A DNA stretch of 30,628 nt, taken from IMG/VR virus record IMGVR_UViG_3300024256_000557. One strand, written 5' to 3'. Source of the DNA: a virus. This document shows, one piece after another, positions 26,390-30,628 of the stretch. Both the position numbers and the translations under genes were made by a program. How positions within the stretch are numbered: the stretch's first letter is position 1; each line of letters starts with the position of its first letter. Under the pieces are notes generated by a model that was not told where the DNA came from, ran no database searches, and worked only from the letters and a program-made list of their open reading frames with translations.

Positions 26390-27190
26390 ATGACAAAGAT
26401 AATATCAGAAATAGGTTGGAATCACATGGGAGATATGAATCTCGCTAAAGAAATGATTTCAGCATCAAAAGAGAATGGTGCAGATTTAGTAAAAACACAA
26501 ACATTTTCCGTACAACGATTAAAAAATGGTCCTTGGGATGAAGATGGTAGAACTGAAATATACAAAAAGGCTGAATTATCAGTAGATGAACATTTGGAAT
26601 TGCAGGATTATTCTAATAATATTGGAATAAAATTCTTTTCGTCAGTTTTTTCAATTGAAGATGCGAAATTACTATTGGAAGTTGAAACTGATATGGTAAA
26701 AATAGCCAGTGCTGAATCAAGAAATATTGAACTATTAGAATTTTGTGATAGAAATTTTGATAGAATGATCATATCTACTGGAACATCAACACTTGAAGAA
26801 ATAAAATCCAGTTTAAGTTATATAAAAAAATCTGAAGTGACATTATTACATTGTGTTTCATCATATCCATTAGAGCCACAAAATGCAAATTTACCGAAAC
26901 TACTTGAACTTAAAAAATTGTGTGATAGAGTTGGTTATAGTGATCACACATTCGGTGTAGAGGTTAGCAAGGTTTCATTGGAGTATGATATTGATGTTAT
27001 AGAAAAACATTTTACAATAGATCATGAGTTACCAGGTAGGGATAATAAATTTGCAATATTACCACATGAACTCAAAGATTTGTCTGATTATATTAAATTG
27101 AGAGAACAATCAACATTGAGTCATGGTAATGATTATTTAGAATGTGAAGCTGAAACACGTAATGTTATGTCAGGGAGATTTAATGGATAG
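26390..27190 (+). CDS. neuB: N-acetylneuraminate/nonulosonate synthase (no C-terminal SAF domain)
   Basis: 'ISEIGWNHMGD', 'ADLVKTQTF', 'KIAS', 'ISTG', 'LHCVSSYP', 'GYSDHT', 'IEKHFT', 'D'. Confidence 0.9.
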   Translation: MTKIISEIGWNHMGDMNLAKEMISASKENGADLVKTQTFSVQRLKNGPWDEDGRTEIYKKAELSVDEHLELQDYSNNIGIKFFSSVFSIEDAKLLLEVETDMVKIASAESRNIELLEFCDRNFDRMIISTGTSTLEEIKSSLSYIKKSEVTLLHCVSSYPLEPQNANLPKLLELKKLCDRVGYSDHTFGVEVSKVSLEYDIDVIEKHFTIDHELPGRDNKFAILPHELKDLSDYIKLREQSTLSHGNDYLECEAETRNVMSGRFNG

Positions 27191-27827
27191 TGTAATAATC
27201 CGAAGTAGAAATGAAGAACGTTACATTGGACACACAATACAATCCGTAACAGATTATATTGGAAATCCAGAAATAATTTTGGTTGACAATGAATCTACCG
27301 ATAATACAATACGAATAGTAAATAGATTTGAGTATCACAATATAAAGAAATTATATATTAATGGAGATGATTATACTCCAGGTAGAGCATTGAATAAAGG
27401 AATTGTAGAATCTAATGGTGAATTTATAATAATATTGTCAGCACATTGCGAAATTACAGACCTGACTATGGATATAGCAAAAGAACATTTCAACGATGAC
27501 TCCGTTGTTGCAATGTGGGGTAAACAAATTCCAATATGGGATGGCAAAAAGATTAGTCGTAGATATATGTGGTCCAATTTTGGTGATGAATATAAAGAAA
27601 ATTATTTTTGTGAGTTAGAAAATAGATATTTTTTTCATAATGCATTCTCTATTTTCAGGGGAGACTATTTAAGAGATAATTTATTTGATGATCATTATAG
27701 TAGTAAAGAAGATAGATATTGGGCAAATGAAAAAATAGATAGTGGGTATAAAATAGTATATGATCCAACTCAAATAGTAAACCATTATTATACTATAGAA
27801 GGATCGACATGGAGAGGTATAGGTTAA
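27183..27827 (+). CDS. GT2 glycosyltransferase (rhamnosyltransferase-like)
   Basis: 'VIIRSRNEE', 'LVDNESTDNT', 'GRALNKG', 'LSAH', 'EDRYWA'. Start placed at MDSV. Confidence 0.8.
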   Translation: MDSVIIRSRNEERYIGHTIQSVTDYIGNPEIILVDNESTDNTIRIVNRFEYHNIKKLYINGDDYTPGRALNKGIVESNGEFIIILSAHCEITDLTMDIAKEHFNDDSVVAMWGKQIPIWDGKKISRRYMWSNFGDEYKENYFCELENRYFFHNAFSIFRGDYLRDNLFDDHYSSKEDRYWANEKIDSGYKIVYDPTQIVNHYYTIEGSTWRGIG

Positions 27828-28702
27828 TGAAATTAAAACAGAAAATTGGAATTATAGGAAAGGGATTTGTTGGAAGTGCAGTTCAGTTTGGATTTTCTCC
27901 AAATGTAGGAATTGACGCTGAAGTCCGTGTATATGATAAGGATCCAAACAAATCAACTCATAGTCTTATTGAAGTAGTTACTGAAAGTGATATAATATTT
28001 TTATCGGTGCCAACACCATCTAATATAGATGGTTCAATGAACATAGATATTGTAGAAAGTGCATTGGCTGATATAGACCAGTTTTCTGATGATTATAACT
28101 TTGAGATTGGAATAATCCTTTTGAGATCAACTGTTGTTCCTGGAACCACACGAAAGTTACAAGAGAAATATCCAAAATTGAAAATAGTGTTTAATCCAGA
28201 ATTTCTTACAGAGAGGTCTGCCAATTTTGATTTTATAAATCAAACACGATTTATACTTGGAGGTAGTTCAGATGATGTTATAGAAGTTAGCGAGTTATTT
28301 AGGGATAGGTTTGGATCAACTATATCCATAATAGAAACTAATTATGAAACAGCAGAACTTATAAAGTATATGACTAACACGTTTTTTGCAACTAAAATAT
28401 CATTTTTAAATGATATGAAATTACTAGCAGATGAATGTGGTGCAATCTGGGACGATACAATTGAGGGGTTTGTTAGAGACGGAAGAATTGGTCATACTCA
28501 CTTAGATGTTCCAGGACACGATGGGAGATATGGATTTGGTGGAAGTTGTTTTCCCAAAGATATTCAAGCACTTATAGATTATGCAAGAGAGCACGGAGTA
28601 GAAATGAATGTCTTGAAAGGAGCTTGGAAAACTAATTTAGAGGTTAGACCAGAACGAGATTGGGAAAACTTAAAGGGGAGATCAATAGTAGATGAACAAT
28701 AA
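27827..28702 (+). CDS. ugd: UDP-glucose/GDP-mannose dehydrogenase family (short form)
   Basis: 'GIIGKGFVG', 'SVPTP', 'RSTVVPGT', 'NPEFL', 'KYMTN', catalytic 'GFGGSCFPKD'; TAATG coupling. Confidence 0.88.
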   Translation: MKLKQKIGIIGKGFVGSAVQFGFSPNVGIDAEVRVYDKDPNKSTHSLIEVVTESDIIFLSVPTPSNIDGSMNIDIVESALADIDQFSDDYNFEIGIILLRSTVVPGTTRKLQEKYPKLKIVFNPEFLTERSANFDFINQTRFILGGSSDDVIEVSELFRDRFGSTISIIETNYETAELIKYMTNTFFATKISFLNDMKLLADECGAIWDDTIEGFVRDGRIGHTHLDVPGHDGRYGFGGSCFPKDIQALIDYAREHGVEMNVLKGAWKTNLEVRPERDWENLKGRSIVDEQ

Positions 28703-29384
28703 AGTAATCTACACAGCAATAATCGGTGGATACGACGAGTTAGTAGAGCCAAATTACAAACCAGAAGGTTGGGATTTTGTTTGTTTTACAGATAGAGATT
28801 TAACGTCAGATACGTGGGAAATTAGAAAAACGCTTCCACTTTATACAGACAACACAAGAACAGCCCGTAAACATAAGTTATTGTCACATAGGTTATTTCC
28901 AGATTATGAATACAGTTTATGGTTAGATGGTAATATAAAAGTGGTTGGAGATGTAAACGAATTAGTAAGTCATCTTGGTGGTTGTAATTATGCGACGTAT
29001 GACCACTCACAAAATCAGTTAGACCCACGAAATTGTATCTATGGTGAAGCGAATACCATTCTACAACTTGGAATAAAAAATAATGGAAATTACAAAGACA
29101 ACCCACTACTTATTAAAGAACAGATGAATCGATATAGACGAGATGGATATCCAGAAAATAATGGATTAGTAGTTCAAATGGAAGTTTTAAGACGACACAA
29201 TGAAAAAGATGTTATAGAATCAATGGAAAATCACTGGAACGAGTTAAAATATAATAGCAAGAGAGAACAGTTGAGTTTTAATTATATAGCGTGGAAGAAT
29301 GATTTGAAGTTTAGTTATATTCAAGGTGATTCACGAGATAATAAATATTTTTTGAATATGGGAGCACATACAGGTAAGAAATGA
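28692..29384 (+). CDS. DUF616 (TOD1/MUCI70-like) glycosyltransferase
   Basis: 'IYTAIIGGYD', 'VCFTD', 'YSLWLDGNI', 'REQLSFNY'. Confidence 0.75.
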   Translation: MNNKVIYTAIIGGYDELVEPNYKPEGWDFVCFTDRDLTSDTWEIRKTLPLYTDNTRTARKHKLLSHRLFPDYEYSLWLDGNIKVVGDVNELVSHLGGCNYATYDHSQNQLDPRNCIYGEANTILQLGIKNNGNYKDNPLLIKEQMNRYRRDGYPENNGLVVQMEVLRRHNEKDVIESMENHWNELKYNSKREQLSFNYIAWKNDLKFSYIQGDSRDNKYFLNMGAHTGKK

Positions 29385-29938
29385 AACCAATTTTATTTGT
29401 TCATGTTCCAAAAGCAGCAGGAAGTACTATCTACAAGAGTTTTAATTTAGAGAGAGTAACAAAACATGCAACATTAAATTACTTACAGATAAAAGATGAA
29501 ATTGATGTAGATGGTTGTTGGATTATTGGAACGGTTAGAAATCCGTGGCAAAGAATTTTTAGTTTGTGGAATTGGACTTGTAGTCTTGCAAATCCAAAAC
29601 ATGGATTAGATTGGAAAGAGTGGTTATATGATTCACCTTTAGTTGGATATCATTATAGAGATGAATTAAATAATAATCCATTAAAACAGGTAAATTATTT
29701 TATTGATATGAACGGTAAAATTAAATATGATGAGATAATTAGAGCAGAACACCTTGAAAAAGATGTGTGGAAATCCACTCGTTTAAATGGTGTTTCTACT
29801 AATCATTATGCGGGTGGAATAAGTGGAACTTCAAACGGATGGAGAGATCATTACGATGAAGAAGATGTAGAATATGTAAGGGAACAATCAAAGTGGGAGA
29901 TAGATACATTTGGTTATAAGTTTGAGGAAACTGAATGA
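29381..29938 (+). CDS. Sulfotransferase family 2 protein
   Basis: 5'-PSB 'FVHVPKAAGSTI' and 3'-PB 'VRNPWQRIFS'. Confidence 0.8.
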   Translation: MKPILFVHVPKAAGSTIYKSFNLERVTKHATLNYLQIKDEIDVDGCWIIGTVRNPWQRIFSLWNWTCSLANPKHGLDWKEWLYDSPLVGYHYRDELNNNPLKQVNYFIDMNGKIKYDEIIRAEHLEKDVWKSTRLNGVSTNHYAGGISGTSNGWRDHYDEEDVEYVREQSKWEIDTFGYKFEETE

Positions 29939-30628
29939 GTAAAAATGTAGTTTTTATACCCAACATTGATTTAGGTAATGGTAGAAATAAGTCATATAGT
30001 TATTCTATCAATAGTTGGAAACAATTTTGTGATAAATACGATTGTGAATTATTGGTATGGGAAGATTTACTCTTACCAATAGAACAAATGAAAATAACTT
30101 GGCAACGATATTATATGTTTGATATATTGGAGGCAAATAATATAGATTACGACCAAATATTGATAGTAGATGCAGATACAATAGTTCACCCTGATTGTCC
30201 TAACTTTTTTGATGAGACAGATGGTAAGTATAGTGCAGTTAGAAACAATGGTAGTTTTGAGTGGGTTAGGAGGTCAATGGATGGATTCTCTAAGTTATTG
30301 TTTGATGGAGAAGTTCCATTTAATGTTTGGAATTATATAAATTGTGGATTTCAGATTGTTAATAAAGACCATAAAGAATTTTTTGAATATGTAAGAAATT
30401 ATTATTTAGAAAATCAACATGATGTACAGAATGCAATATCACAAGTTAAGGCGGGTACAGATCAAACCATAATTAATTTTCTATTGAGACAACAAAATAT
30501 AGAATTAAATTATTTACCCATTTGTTATAATTTACAAGATTTACATTCAAAACAATTATTATTTATTCACCCACAAATGTGGTTTGAGGATAAGTTGATA
30601 TTTGAGAATTGTGGTTATGTATTTCACT
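29935..30628 (+). CDS. GT8/GT34-like glycosyltransferase (3' partial)
   Basis: Not in the ORF track. ATGA-coupled start MSKNVVFIP..., DxD 'IVDAD', 'YINCGF', 'TDQTIIN', 'YNLQ'; open to the window end. Confidence 0.8.
   Translation, partial: MSKNVVFIPNIDLGNGRNKSYSYSINSWKQFCDKYDCELLVWEDLLLPIEQMKITWQRYYMFDILEANNIDYDQILIVDADTIVHPDCPNFFDETDGKYSAVRNNGSFEWVRRSMDGFSKLLFDGEVPFNVWNYINCGFQIVNKDHKEFFEYVRNYYLENQHDVQNAISQVKAGTDQTIINFLLRQQNIELNYLPICYNLQDLHSKQLLFIHPQMWFEDKLIFENCGYVFH

Noticed and set aside
545-29106. Minus-strand ORFs and alternative-frame plus-strand ORFs (for example 3823-4152, 9453-9860, 11001-11336, 3472-3801, 22930-23208)
   Set aside because: All lie largely within well-supported + strand genes, show shadow-type composition and carry no motifs.
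1-30628. Genome-wide stop-codon reassignment as the cause of the in-frame stops
   Set aside because: The internal stops are of two types (TGA, TAA). TGA (426, 1289, 14511), TAG (4207, 5109) and TAA all end genes at sensible positions, often in coupled overlaps, and long conserved genes are uninterrupted under the standard code.
13852-30628. Ordinary bacterial O-antigen or capsule locus
   Set aside because: No flippase, polymerase, chain-length regulator or initiating transferase seen, and the upstream context is phage-like. Not fully excluded because the cluster runs past the window.
1-30628. tRNA, rRNA, intrinsic terminators, IS elements, retron/DGR components
   Set aside because: Intergenic gaps are too short, and I saw no cloverleaf, GC hairpin with U-tract, transposase or reverse-transcriptase motifs on manual reading.

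Overview
AT-rich, gene-dense window with every credible gene on the + strand. It most likely comes from a large uncultured dsDNA phage: there is a clamp-loader-like subunit, DNA methyltransferase, ClpP, thioredoxin, a Cas4-like exonuclease and four free-standing endonuclease genes, with no cellular housekeeping genes. This assignment is inference; no database search was run. The left part (1-13.85 kb) holds replication/accessory genes and GT-B glycosyltransferases. It is interrupted by four endonuclease cassettes from four nuclease families (Vsr/DUF559-like, GIY-YIG, PD-(D/E)XK, HNH), two of which carry a single in-frame stop. The right part (13.85-30.6 kb, open at the right edge) is a tightly coupled 23-gene nucleotide-sugar and glycosyltransferase cluster (Gmd, WbpB/D/I-like, NeuA/NeuB-like, UDP-sugar dehydrogenase, methyl-, acetyl- and sulfotransferases) with no visible membrane export machinery. 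The most notable signals are: (1) a Leu-stop-Leu (CTT TGA CTC) six-base interruption in a glycosyltransferase gene, where a ribosomal stop-hop would restore the expected motif; (2) endonuclease cassettes that appear to have replaced a host gene end and left the old end as an orphan mini-ORF; (3) a repeated ATATTTAT / small ORF / nuclease architecture; (4) a structured leader that could mask the GIY-YIG ribosome-binding site.
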